Positions 1 to 13,645 of a stretch of 64,000 nucleotides of DNA are shown here, piece after piece. The translations under genes and the position numbers were made by a program. The stretch is from the NCBI RefSeq assembly GCF_009914755.1, contig NC_060928.1. The stretch is one strand, 5' to 3'. A model generated the notes under the pieces. It saw only the letters and a list, made by a program, of their open reading frames with translations. It had not been told where the DNA came from and made no database searches. The DNA comes from the human T2T-CHM13v2.0 reference genome, Homo sapiens. Position 1 is the stretch's first letter. The number at the start of each line of letters is the position of its first letter.

Positions 1-256
1 TAAAGACCTTCAGAGGCTGACACCAAAATTCAATCATGACATCTGTCAATTGTTCAAACACATTGTGTGGATTCTGCCCATCTGGATCCTAATTCCTTTA
101 GCTGCTTCCTCCCATTGCCCCCCTCAACTCTGGACTTGTTCCTGTTCTGGGTTCGAATTTCAGGTAACCCAAAGTCAGTGTTTCTGATGATCCTTCTCTG
201 ACCTCAGGAGGGGACCCACGAAGAGAGATGATGTTAACTCAGTGACAACTAACCCC

Positions 257-456
257 CTGGTCGATTTGTATGCAATATGCTTCTTATTTTTTTCCCTCAC
301 AACTGTACTATGAGGCATGTTTTATTATTCTGATATTATGGATGAGGACTTGAAGTTCAAGATATTTGCTGTTCAACCAAGATCACACAGCTAGTCATTG
401 GAAATGAGATGGGGGCTGTGCCCCAGGTTCTCTACCTCCTTGTCACTGCATCAGAG
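257..456 (-). mobile_element. MIR SINE fragment
   Basis: Degenerate MIR core in reverse (…ttatggatgaggacttgaagttc…ccaagatcacacagctagt); boundaries approximate. Confidence 0.55.
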
Positions 457-704
457 CTGTGCAACATTCTTATCCTTTCTAATTTCTGATGCTTTATTGC
501 TCCATAGAAGGCTTCTTCCTGAAACTGAAGGGACAGCTATTTATTCTCTAAAGCACAACATGAAACTTGCCCATACGTGAACAAGGAACTGCTGTAGAAT
601 GAGAATCTCTATGTCTTTCCATTTATTCATCTATTTATTCATTTACTCATTCATTCATTTTTAAAAATTTTCAATAGGACAATGAGAATGAAGGACCTAT
701 TGGA

Positions 705-910
705 TACTTGCTGAAGTCAGAAACCTCTTCCCATCATGTCCCTATTACTAACTATGTCTACTCCTATTTACTTATTTCAGCTTTCTGAACCATAGTTTCC
801 AGGTCTGTAAAAAAGTAGGAAAATCACCTGCCTGAGAGGGTGGTTGTGATGATGACAAAGGACTGTCTGTGAAGTGCTTAGTGAAATGCCAGGCTCTTCA
901 GTCAACATCA
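705..910 (+). mobile_element. MIR SINE fragment
   Basis: tctgaaccatagtttccaggtctgtaaaa…ggttgtgatgatg…gaagtgcttagtgaaatgcc resembles the MIR core and 3' end. Confidence 0.55.
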
Positions 911-2036
911 ATACTCCTTCCCTTTGGGTGAAGAATAAAGTAGAGTGAGGGCTCTTCTCATACTTGCCACGACAGCTCCTTCAATATGGGAAAAAAGTGT
1001 GTCTTTTCTCCAAATTCCTGGAGACATTTTTTATAGTTTAAGCACTGTTGCTAATTCATTTATGTATGCTCAGAACCTAGAATGGAAATGGAGCTTGTCC
1101 AAAGGAAACGCATAATAGGTCTTTGTCAAACACTCATATTGAAAATGGAACCTAAAAACAAAATAACTATGTTTGAAAACAATTATACTCATTTTACTTC
1201 TTACAAAATAGACTTTTCTTCACACCTGAGAAATAGCTACTTTCAAAGTGAAACTTTCATATCAGATTTTTAGCTTGTGATGGAAATAGTCTCAGAAATT
1301 TCTGAAGAAATCTAGGGTATTCAAGCTGCTAGAATTTTTGTTTTTATTTTTAACATTCTTTGTTCTTACGTTCAAGGAATAATTAAAATCTCTAACTTGA
1401 AGAATCTCAGTAAAATACTTTTAATTTTGTATTTAATTTTAGAAATAGTTTCTTAAGATTATTTTGTAACTTGAGTTTTGGGAAATAAAACAACCCTATA
1501 TAAATAAGAATGCACTGGGGACTTTTAAAAGTCTTTGAAGATTATTGCATTACTGTGTTACTTACAACTATGATTTACCTTATTTGGAAAGCATTTCCAT
1601 CAATAGAAAAAATAACATCATATTGAAAAATTATGCTAGAATTTGATAAGTAGAGACAGTTCTTTTGGAATGCTTTTGGTTACCAACTTAGTTTTTGAAA
1701 ATATATTTCTGAAATATTAACTATATCTTTTTATTTACTTTGTGCATAGTTCTTTGGCCCTGCCATTCAGATTTCTGGAGTAACATGGACTCTGTGAGGA
1801 GAAAAATACTAGAATCCCATCAGAGAAAAAAGTGTCACAGTCCCAGTGGATGAAGCCCCTGTACAGACGGCAGTAGTCCTGGCCCTGTCATAGAGTCACT
1901 GGACAACTTGAGCCGAGATATTTGAGCTCTCTGAGCCTTGGTTTCCCCATATGTAAATGTTAAGCTGGACAAGTAATTCCTAAATTTTTCTCTAACACAC
2001 TTAAAACATGCCCTTATTTTTCCTAACTAAAAATAA

Positions 2037-2443
<407 letters not shown>

Positions 2444-2459
2444 GAAATCATCACCTTTC

Positions 2460-5400
2460 TATAAATATATGCACACATGTATGAGTGTGTGTCCACACAC
2501 ACACATCTCTCCCCACAAAAGCAAGTGTGATTTCTTATAAATGCCTTAGGATCCCTTAGCCTAACCACAATAAACATCTTAATCCAGTCCTTAAAATTAC
2601 TTGATACCTTTGCCATTCTATTGTTTTTTAACTTTAAAAAATGTATAAATTTCCAGAAAGTTGCAAAGATAATGCAGAGAGATACCATGATCCATCACCC
2701 AGCTCTCTAGCTGCAAGAAATCTGGTTCTCATCACAAACATTTAATTCTTATAATAGATAATCCTTACACTCCTACTAAACTCATAGTTTCTGAATTGTT
2801 AACCCACATCCAAATGAGAAACAAATGAACTAAGTACATTACAGCATTTGCGTACAGTTCTTATTGTCTTTCTCTTTACAAACTATTTTGTCCAGAAAAA
2901 ATAAAATTTTCAAAGTTTCTTGGGTTAGTTCTTTTCATCACCACCCACTTCAGTGTGATTTTGTTATTCCTCTCCATGCAACTACATTCATTTAGTACTG
3001 TGTCTATGGCATTTCACATTCCCTTGAGTTCACGATGATTTTAGTTATTTAATTTGGGGGTTTGCCATATTATCCTGTGATTCTAAGAGTTAGAGATACA
3101 CAAAAGTTCTACTTAGAGAAGCATTTCTCTTTATCCCTACTACCTGTTCTAATTCCCTGCTGCTTTCCAGCCTCTTCTTACCCATATCCTGCACGTAACT
3201 CAGCTTAGTTTTTGGCTTATCTTTCCTGTATGCCTTTTGCACAAATTATGTATATGTATATTTTCTTATATTTCTTCCTTTCTAACATAAAGGGTAGCTT
3301 ATTATAGATAGACCTTTGTAATTTCCTTTTTCCATTTAACAATTATCATGAACATCACCTCATGTTAGGTAATAAAGATCTTCCTTTATGTCTTGTTATA
3401 GCTACAAATTACTGTACTGTGTAGATGTACCATTTTATTTCACTAACTCTTCTAGGTATGGGTATGAGGTAGTTCCTGATATCTTGTAATAACAAAAAAT
3501 CCTCAATGCATATCCTTGTGCATATATGCATTTTCATACTGTAGGTTCCTAGAAGTAGATCTGTGTGATTAAAAGATACGTGCACCGTAGTTTTTTGTTG
3601 GCCATGCACTCAGAAAATGTTCTGTTTGACAAAATGTTTGAAGAAAGCCTGTTTCCTTGCAGCTTTGCTAACCAGATGTGTTGTCCTGCATTTAAAAAAA
3701 TATATACACTTTATTTTTAGAGCAATTTTAGGTTCACAGCAAAATGAAACGAAGAATACAGAGTTCCCCTATTTCCTCTGCCCCCAACAAGCACAGCCTT
3801 CCCCACTATCAACATCACAACCCAGAGCGGTACATTCGTTATAATCAACGAGCCTGCATTGGCACATTATTACTACTCCAACCCACAGTTTCCACCTTAG
3901 TGTTGTACATTGCTTGTGTTTTGACAAATGTATAATGACATGTATCTGCCATTATGGTATCATGCAGAACAGTTCACTGCCCTAAAATCCTCTGTGTTCT
4001 GCCTTTTCATCTCTCTCTCCCCACTAATTCCTGGCAACCACTGGCCTTTTTACAATCCCCATAGTTTTGCCTTTTCTAAAATGTCATATAATTGGAATCA
4101 TACAGTATATATCCTTTGCTGAACAGCTTATTTCACTTCATAATATGCATTTAGGTTTCCTCTATGACTTAGGTACTTACGGATGAGGACTTGAAGTTCA
4201 AGATACTTGCTATTCAACCAAGATCACACAGGTTGTCATTGGAAATAAGGTGGGGGCTATGCCCCAGTTGCTCTACCTCCTTGTCACTCCATCAGAGTTT
4301 ACTTAGGTTTTCATCAGACAGTACTTAGGTTCCCTCTATGACTTTTCATGTCTTGATAGCTCATTTCTTTTTAGCTATGAATCATATTCTATTGTCTGGA
4401 TGCACCAGAATCTACTGGTGGCATATTTACCCACTCACCTACTGAAGGACATCTTGGTTGCTTCCAACTCCTGGCACTTATGAATAATGCTGCTATAAAA
4501 ATCTTTGTGCAGACTTTCGTGTGGACGTAAGTTTTCATCTCCTTTGACTAGATATCAAGGAGTGTGACTGATAGATTGTACAGTAAGAGGATACTTAGTT
4601 TTGTAAGAAACTGCCAAATTGTCTTCCAAAGTAGCTGTACCATGTTTCATTCCCATCAGCAATGAATTAGAGTTTCTTTTACTCCACATGCTCACTAGGA
4701 TTTGGTGGTGTCAGTGTTTCAGATTTCAGCCATTTTAATAGGGGTATCGTGGTATCTCACTTGGTTTTAATTTTCAATCCCCTAATGACATATGATGTGG
4801 AGTGTCTTTTCATATGCTTATTTATAATCTAATCTATCTTTTTTTTTTTTTTTTTTTGGTGAGGTGTCTGCTGAGGTCTTTGGTCAAATTTTAAAATCAG
4901 CATGTTTACTTTCTAATCGTTGAGTTTTCAAAGTTCTTTGTATATTTTGATAAACAGTCCTTCATCCCATCTATCTTTTGCAAATGTTTCATCAAGTGTG
5001 TGGTTTGTCTTCTCATTCTCTTGTTAGTGTCTTTTGGACATTAGAAGCTTTTAATTATGATGAAGTCCAGGTTATCAATTTTTCTTTCATGGATTATGGC
5101 TTTGGCATTTTATCTAAAAAAGCATCAACATACTCAAGTTTGTGTAAATGTTCTCCTATCTTCTAGGAGTTTCACAGTTGTGAGTTTTACATTTAGATCT
5201 ATGATCTATTTTGAGTATATTTTTGTGAGGTATAATGTCTGTGTCTAGATTCACATTTTTTTCCTGTGAATGTCCAACTGTTCTAGCACCATTTGCTGTC
5301 CTACGTTTCAGTCTTTGTAAATCTGAAAGGTGAGAGATTGTACCTCAGTGTTGTTATAACTTGGATTTCTTTAATTATGAGTCAGCTTGAGCTTTTAAAT

Positions 5401-5848
5401 CTGTTTGAAGTCCATTTTTATATTTTGTGTGAGTTGATTTTGATTATTTGTCCCTCAATTTTTAAGAATTCTTTATGTCTCGAGAACCTTTAACCTTGTA
5501 TATGGTATCTATTACAAATATTTTCTCATTTTTTTCAGTTGTCTATTAATTTTGTGTATGGTGATTCTTGCCATGCATTTAAATAATATTTGTCCACAGT
5601 CAAATTTATCAATCTTTTCATTCCTTGTTGCCTTTGGATTTTGCATCATGGTTAGATATTCTTTCCCTATCTTGAATTTAAGAGGAATTCACCCATGTAA
5701 TACTTGTACAGTTCCATTTTTTATATTTAGATCCCTAATCCATTTGGAGTTTATCCTTGTGTAGGGTGTGAGATATGAATTTTATTTTACTTTTTCCATA
5801 TGGTTACCCAATTCTCCTAGCACCATGTATTTTAAAGTCCATCTTTGC
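2460..5848 (-). mobile_element. Nested old LINE-1 (L1M) fragments, with an L1MC-like 3' end at ~3707-5292 inside an older L1M
   Basis: tttatttttagagcaattttaggttcacagcaaaat (L1MC-type 3' end in reverse); gaaactgccaaattgtcttccaaagtagctgtacc and ttctagcaccattt are ORF2 3' remnants; subfamilies uncertain. Confidence 0.75.
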
Positions 5849-8477
5849 CTGGGGTTTGTCTTGATTGCTGTGTCATCTATGATCAAGCAGATTCTGGAAT
5901 TTCTGCTTTCTATTTCAGGATATTTATTATCTAATAAAAGTGAGATATTAGACTTTCTTCTTTTACTTTTGCTCAAAAAATACTGTTTAAGTACAGAGCT
6001 TTTTCAACTTAATCACCAATGAACTCTTGCTTCTTAACATGCCACATAAAATAGCAGCTTACCTATTGGACTTGTCAACCGGAACTGCTGTAGGATATTG
6101 CAGCTCTTTCACCTTAGTATCCTGTAACTACAAGTTGGGGTGATGGAGATTGGTGACTTAAAAACCCTTTTTCATGAAGTCCTTTAGTGTTCATAGTAGA
6201 GATTGAGATTCCCATACTAGGAAGCCAAGTCTCTTCCTATAGAACAACATTTACCAAACAGTAGCCTATTGATTGTAAGCTATGGAAGAGAGAAATATGG
6301 TCTGCCTTGATAACTAGTATATCTTCAGGATGTAGTACAGTGCTTTGAACATAGTGGACCGTAAATTAAATCCTTGTTTAATGACTATGAAAATGAAAGA
6401 ATAAATGAATGAACGGTGTATTACTGTCAAATTTCAAGTCCAGTATGGAACAGCTATAACAGGTTACTAAAAATTAAACACCTATATATCAACCATATTT
6501 AAATAAGAAAAATGGTGTTTGTATGTTCTTCTATGGGTCAGCTACCTGTGGGTGTTCTACTATGGGTTAGGCATTATACAAGGGCATTTGACTTCTATTT
6601 ACTCACTGATTCTTATCATAACCCTATGAAGTCGATATTATTAACCTGCCTAATAAAGATTCAGTAATTTGTGCAAGATGACACAGCTACAAAGGGAAGC
6701 TGGGTCTCTGGATTTCAAGTCCACTAATATTTCTCAACAGCTTGTTGAGAAGTGTTAAGATTTCATTATTCCAAAAATGCAGATCCTACAAGAGTATAAC
6801 GATGGTTACTACTGTTCATAACTCAACCCTTGCAATGGCTGATGTGCAATAATTTACTGATGTTTACAAACTATGTCTTCAGAAGGTGTCAGAACTTCAT
6901 TGCTTCTTACAATATTATTAGCATACCCTGATCTGTAGCAGGTAATAAATAATTCAGACTGAATTTGGCAAGAGCAAATGTTTGTCCTTTCCTACTTTGT
7001 ATTGACTTGGGAGGAAATTATTTTCCCTCTTCAATTGTTTACTGAAAAAAAATGCACTTATATTGCTTTCTAAGCCAGTTGTGCGGCTGGCCTTATTTTC
7101 CCCCGTGCCTTGATGAATAAATTGTGCAAAATCTACTTATTCTTATAACAGGAGATCTTACTAAGAAAGCATTCAGTTAGACTCATACAATAAACCACAC
7201 CATCCCATGTCTGGGTCAGATTTAAAAATCAATTCTCCCCTGCTTCCAACAAAGTTAGTTTATCATGGAAGACAAACTATCATAGTACAACTTGGGAAAT
7301 GAAAAATCTTTATGTAGAACCGCTCTGGATTTTCTGACTGGTCAATAGTTATATTTAATATATGTAAAGATAGATCAAAGGCAGTTGCAAATAATGATGA
7401 CATTTTCTTAGTCAGGGATTACTGAGATACTCCTGATAACAACATGATAAAAATACACGCATTTGTGAAGAATATTTTATTGTCAGCAAAATGTGGGCCT
7501 GGATTTGGCAGTGGCCATGATGTTGAGAAAGGGAAACTGAAAATGAGTTGGACATTCTTGGTTTAATTTTCAGTTGAATGGCTTGTTCATTACATGATTT
7601 TAATCAAGTATCTTACCCTCTCTGTATCTGTAAAATGTGGACAGGTAAATGGGATTTGCATATAAAACCTTTCTATATGATCAAAAGCAATATGAAAATG
7701 TAACATTTTTTATTCTTATCACTTTTTTTCCCACGAAAGATAATAATACTTGTATCTGCACAGCAACTTACTTGAGATATGCACAGAGTGAACCATCTAG
7801 GTATGCCCATTTTTCAAGGAAGAAACTGCAGTTGGAAAACAAGGGAGATCAGGTCTCTCTGGTCAATCTTTCAGCAATTTTTTACTGCATGTGACTCTGT
7901 GCCAGGTCCTTTTCTAAGTGCTAGGAACAGGTTGAAGAAGACTGTGCCCTACTTACCACAACTGAGGAGCTACATAAGGTTTTGGAGCTATTAAAAAAAA
8001 ATTAGTCCTAATTTTTTGACTCAAGGTGCTCATAGCACATTGGGAAAGAAAGGTTGATGTACAACCAGATAGTTGTGACTGATTTGAACAAATTTATAGG
8101 AAAAGTGTTCAGAACTGACGACATTATATTTCTCTTATTTTTCATATTCTTGGCCAAAGTCTCATTTGCTTCAATTTGCCGAAAGATCAAATACTCTCCT
8201 GAGTCCTTCTTTTCTCTCCACGAACTTGCCAAGAATTCTGGGATCAACTCTATTTCCATAAAACAGGAAGAGAGAAAAGGAAAATTATAAGGCCCCTTGG
8301 GGTCACTGGTATGTGGCTATAGTTCGTCTTTTACTGGTCTCTGGTAATATTTTCACTCACCTTTGTGTCCTTGACTTATAGCCTGTAACATTTCACCATT
8401 TCATAGTTACAGCTCTCTGTATTACATACAAATGCATGGCACAGTTCTGACACAGATGCCTTGTGAATATCTAGGCC

Positions 8478-8789
8478 TGCATTGTCCAATATGGTGAGCA
8501 CTTAAGGACTAGAATACTTGCAATATGGCTAATCCAAATTGAGATGTACTGTCAATATAACATACACTGGATTTGAGAGATGTAGTACACAAAGGATAAT
8601 ATAAAATGGTGTATCAATAGTTTTTGATATTAGTTATTTTTTGAGATGATAATATTTTGGATATACTAGGTTAAAAAAAGGTAGTGTTAAAATTAATTTC
8701 ATTTTTTGATTTTGACTTTTTAAAATGCAATTACTACTAAATTCAAGATTGCATATGGGACTTGCATAATATTTCTATTGGACATTGCT
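8478..8789. mobile_element. MER33/MER3-like hAT-Charlie DNA transposon relic
   Basis: Inverted termini cattgtccaata … tattggacattg, ~310 bp, internal aatccaaattgagatgtactgt…catacactggatttg. Confidence 0.75.
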
Positions 8790-9208
8790 ATTTTAGTCTT
8801 TGGTGTTTTCAGGTTACTTGCATAGACTACTTCTTTCCCCATGATAATTTCCTCTCTGGTGAACTTGTTCTTTATTGCTAGCACCCTTCAGTTCTGACCA
8901 TCCTAATTCATCAGAGACGTTCAAATATTGACTCCTAAGAGCAAAAGGAGTCAGAATCTAGGTTCTTTTTATCTCAGGAGGTTTCTTGGCCCCTATGCAA
9001 ATTTACTTGTCCTTGCCTTATCAACTATGCATATCAGTGGGAATTGGGAGTTCACTTTCTTGTTCATTATACATGCATCCCCCTGTCTTCCACTGAAATT
9101 TAAATCTGTTCTAGTGATTTTTTCTCAGAACAGAGACAATGTGCTGTCCCCACCCAGAAAAAGGTAATGCTCAAAGCTACATAATTTATCATGCAACATG
9201 ACAAGCCA

Positions 9209-9289
9209 CTGGATGCCTATTTTACAATCTGGATGCCTATTTTACAATCTGGATGCCTGTTTTACACTGGATGCCTATTTTACAATCTG
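9209..9289. repeat. 20-bp tandem repeat, ~4 copies (ctggatgcctattttacaat)
   Basis: Directly visible; third copy is 18 bp with one substitution. Confidence 0.9.
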
Positions 9290-9910
9290 TAAAATAGGCA
9301 AAGAGCTGCATGGCAATTTGCCTAAGTCCAGAAGGTGGCTAAAATTGGGACCAGTAATAACAACAAAAAATAACCAGGAGGAGATGAAACAGTTAAGGGT
9401 GTTTAAATGGTGCCCTCAGTTCATCTAAGAAAGAGGAACAGAAAGAATGAGCTCATGGGGATCAAAGATGTGGCACTCCCAGAAGCATGTGAGAGCTTCA
9501 GGCCTAACTTGTGCATAACAGAGTTGAAGAGCTGACACGGTGCTTACTAACTCATCAGAAGCAGAAGCGCCCTGGTGATTCTATGCCACACCGCCATTCC
9601 CCAGGAAAATGTTCTCCACTGAGACAAAATCCTTAAATTTTTAGAATGGCCTTATTATGGATTACAGCAAACATCTCAGCACATCTTTCTCAGCAAGGAT
9701 CTCAAAACAGCATTGGGATGGCCTTATTAATAGATCCCTTACGAAAACTCAGAAAAGTTAGAGAGGCACTCAGAATCTTCCTAAAATATGAAATGTTGAA
9801 ATCTGGATTCTTTTTTTACCATGACTGCAAAATGTAAGCCACTACTTGGGCTCACCTTGTTGAATCAGATTTCTTCTACTTTGCCATTTTGATGATATCA
9901 CTCCCAGGTA

Positions 9911-10235
9911 TGTTTTTTTCTTTTTTTTTTCCTTTTCTTTTTCCTTTCTTTTCTCTCTTTTTTTTTTTTTTTTTTTTTGAGACACAGTTGTGCTCTTGTT
10001 GCCCAGGCTGGAGTGCAATGGCACGATCTCTGTAGGCTCACTGCAACCTCCACCTCCCCAGTTCAAGCAATTCTCCTGCCTCAGCCTCCCGAGTAGCTGA
10101 GATCACAGGAGCCTGCCACGACGCCCAGATAAATTTTTGTATTTTTTTAGTAGAGATGGGGTTTCACCATGTTGGCCAGGCTGGTCTTGAACTCCTGACC
10201 TCCAGTCATCTGCCCACCTATGCCTACCAAAGTGC
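9911..10235 (-). mobile_element. AluSq-like, slightly 5'-truncated
   Basis: ctcttgttgcccaggctggagtgcaatgg diagnostic; long T-rich tail; TSD tcactcccaggta at 9898-9910 and 10236-10248. Confidence 0.92.
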
Positions 10236-10639
10236 TCACTCCCAGGTAAGTTTTTGAAGTAACTACTCTGAAAATACCAGGCAACTTTTTAATCTATTCA
10301 GTGACACTGCCTACAGTGGCCCTCCTTACCAGCTGCAAAATGTTGAGATGTTAAAAGAAGTCCTAATTTTTCAAATGAGAATGGAAAGGAGGAAGAGACC
10401 TTGACTTTGTTATACTGCTTGGCTGTCATATGCCAGGAAACATAGAATTTGGGGTATGCCTACAATGCATAATTAAGGTTGGAGATTGGTAATGGTGGAA
10501 TGGTTTGAAGTCCTGGGCTGAGACAACCAATGGACTAACGATGAAGAAAAGGCTCTTCTGCTCAGAATAGCCTTCTCCCCACTTAAGTCTCTCCTAAAGA
10601 GGATCATCAGAGCAAATCTGTGACTAACAATTCTAAACT

Positions 10640-11200
10640 TGAAGTGGAGACAGATGTTCACAAATATGTATACGAATATTTAGCTAAAAATAACTAAAAT
10701 AAGACAAAATGTCTTATTTTCAGTAGCTAAAAATAAACTAAATGCTCACCAACAGTTGATGGGCATAAAAGGGTGGCATATTGATTCAGTGGAATACTGT
10801 TTAGCAACGAAAAGTAACATACTACTCATAAGCATAACTAAATTGACAAATCTCAAAAAGGTTATGTTTAGTCAAAAGAAACTGGAACAAAGAACTGTAT
10901 ATTGTATGATTCCATTTATATGAAGTTCTAGAATAGGTAAAACAATTATGATGACAGATTGTTATTATTTATTAAACAATTATGACGACAGATATTGGAG
11001 CAGTAATCGTCTCTAGGGCATGACCCTAGAGAAGTGACCAGAATGAGGTACTAGAAGGGACCTCTATAGGATGACGAAAATATTCTGTTACTTGAGGGTT
11101 TGGATGCACAAATTTATTATGCATTTGTTAAAGCTCATCAAAATGCACATAAAATCTGCTTTTTATTATATGTAAATTGTGCCCCATTTAAAAAAATGGT
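10640..11200 (+). mobile_element. Old L1M (L1ME/MC-like) 3' end
   Basis: gtggaatactgtttagcaacgaaaag…atattgtatgattccatttatatgaagttctagaataggtaaaac…gcatttgttaaagctcatcaaaatgcaca. Confidence 0.7.
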
Positions 11201-13645
11201 AAAAGAAAAATGCTTCATACCCTTTCCCAAATTTAAATGGAATTTCCTTTTACAGTAGCCATCAAGAGTCTATAGATTCACCCCGATGTTAACAGCTTAT
11301 CAATTTTATCAATCTTATTGCCTTCTCTTCTCCACAGATTCTTTTTTTTGAAATTGTCTTTCACTGTTTTCCTAAGAAACAGGCAGAAATTGAAAAGTAA
11401 CTGAACACAAATGGGATTTTCTAACCAGAGAAAATGCCTGTCCAAGCATTGGCCTTTAAGAGAAGAGAGAACAATTCTCCCTTCATCAGATATCTAATTT
11501 CAGAGACTGTTTTAATGATAATTGGCCTTTAATGATTTCCTTCACAACTAGCAACTAACATTTGAGACAGAATTTAGAGTTTGAAAAAAAAAAAAAAAAA
11601 AATCTCAGGTTATTCCAGTCACTGTTTTACAGGGACTGGCATCTGAAAAAAGCATCTTGTTTTTCCAACAGCAACTAAGTTAAAGATAACATGGCTTTAA
11701 AATAGAGAGATAAACTGGTTTTACTACATACTTTGACCATTTTCTTCATGGTTAGTCAGCAGTTTAATCTAGCCTTTCGTTCATGTCTTCGAATTCATCA
11801 CATTCACACAAAGTACATGATGACTAAGTAAATCTGAAAATAAAGTGCCCAAAGGCAGATTATTTGCCACATACTTTATGATATTTAAAATCCTGAGAAG
11901 GTAAGCAGTCTTGTCTCAGTTGATGTAAAAGTGGTCTTAAACACACATCAACTACGAAATCCTACTAATGCTAACTGATAATAACATTGATGTTCCAATT
12001 TCCTGACTTGTTGATTGCCAGTTTGGCTAGTTTTCTTTGACCTATAGTCGTAAGATGGTGATGACGTTGACGATGACGGTGGAAAAGCTTATGAAAATGT
12101 TGGCTATCAAGAAGATTGTGAGCAGTGAATTTATTTCCTACTGCAATTTTACACTAAAACTTTCACATTGTGACTTGTTTTCTCTCCATTCTTTTGCTCG
12201 TATTCTCTTACAACATCAAGATTATGTTCTGTGCCTAACAAGCCCATTCAATGTTGTCTTCCACAGCTTTCAGACAAGCTCCTTTCCAATTAGTGAAACT
12301 TTTCTTCTTCCCATCAAATGATAAATACATGATTATTCTGATTTTAATATGAACATTCCAGCTGGCATGAAAATAACTATCTAATTGCAAAAGAACAATT
12401 TATTACCTTTATATGCATTTTTTTTTTTAGCATCCATTGAGTATTTATGTGGCATAAGGCACTATGGTTGACAGACATAAAAGTACATACCCATTAACTA
12501 ATTACTGATGCATTAATATATGTATTGATATACATAGAGATAGAGATGATAAAGCTATAGAAAAACTATGAAATCATGAGCAACTGAATTTGCTGAAATG
12601 GCTGTATTATTGGACATTGGTTTTCAAAAGTTCAAACGACTGCAGTGAAAGTTTTTATTTTAAGAGCAATCATTGAAAGAATCAACTGACCTTGCTGTTC
12701 TCTGTCTCAAGTCAGAAAATAAACAGAGAAAGTGTATCTTAGTGGTTTGCAAGTGATTCAGAGCAGGATGCTCAGCTATTAGAAAGTCATCGATTCGGCT
12801 GGAGGAAATGAGTTGGCTGAAGCACGAGATATAAGCCAATGCCCAGGATTGTGAGGTCAGGGCAGGATGCCAAGATGAACTACATTTCCTGGCAAGAATT
12901 CAAGCTCATTGCCAAAGGCCTGCTGTTATTCTGAATCCAGGTTTTGTAACCTTTTCAAAAACTCTTACCTTGATATTCAATATTTTTCATTCAACCTTTC
13001 TATTTTTCAAGATGCACGATATTAGTATGACATTTATATAAATTTAAATGCAACCTAAAAATCCACATTTTAAGTTAAAATCCATTCACTGCTTTAAGGC
13101 TATTTTTTTTAGGGTGACAATCAACATTGTCCATTAACTTTATTTTCAGACATATCTCTCACCCTGGAAAATAAGCAAGCTTGCCAGGAATGTTACTCAG
13201 AAAAAAAAAATTAATGGTTCAAAAATATTAAAGCCATTAGCCACTGCTGACCAGACAGCTTCAAATAATGTGTATTGGGAAGGGTCATGACTGGATGGGA
13301 AACCAGCAGACATCAGTTCTATTCTGGGCTTGACTTCCACGTGACCTTCTCAATTCACTCAATTTTTCTGTGGTTCAGTTTGCTCAGGTTTCAAAAAAAT
13401 GGAATGATAATACCAGGATGTTGTGGGGAGTCATCAGATTAGCAAGAAGCTTTGGACTCTTGAGACACACCTAATGTAGAAATAGATGATATCCAAGACT
13501 TGCCTCAGAACAATACATCTTGTATTCTATGTACTGTATTCTCCTTTTTTCTTCTCTCATTGCTTTAAAGCCCCATGAATTATTCCTTTCAGACACTGCA
13601 TTGTTGTTTTGAATTGTTGCTCGGTAACAAATGATGAGATAAATG

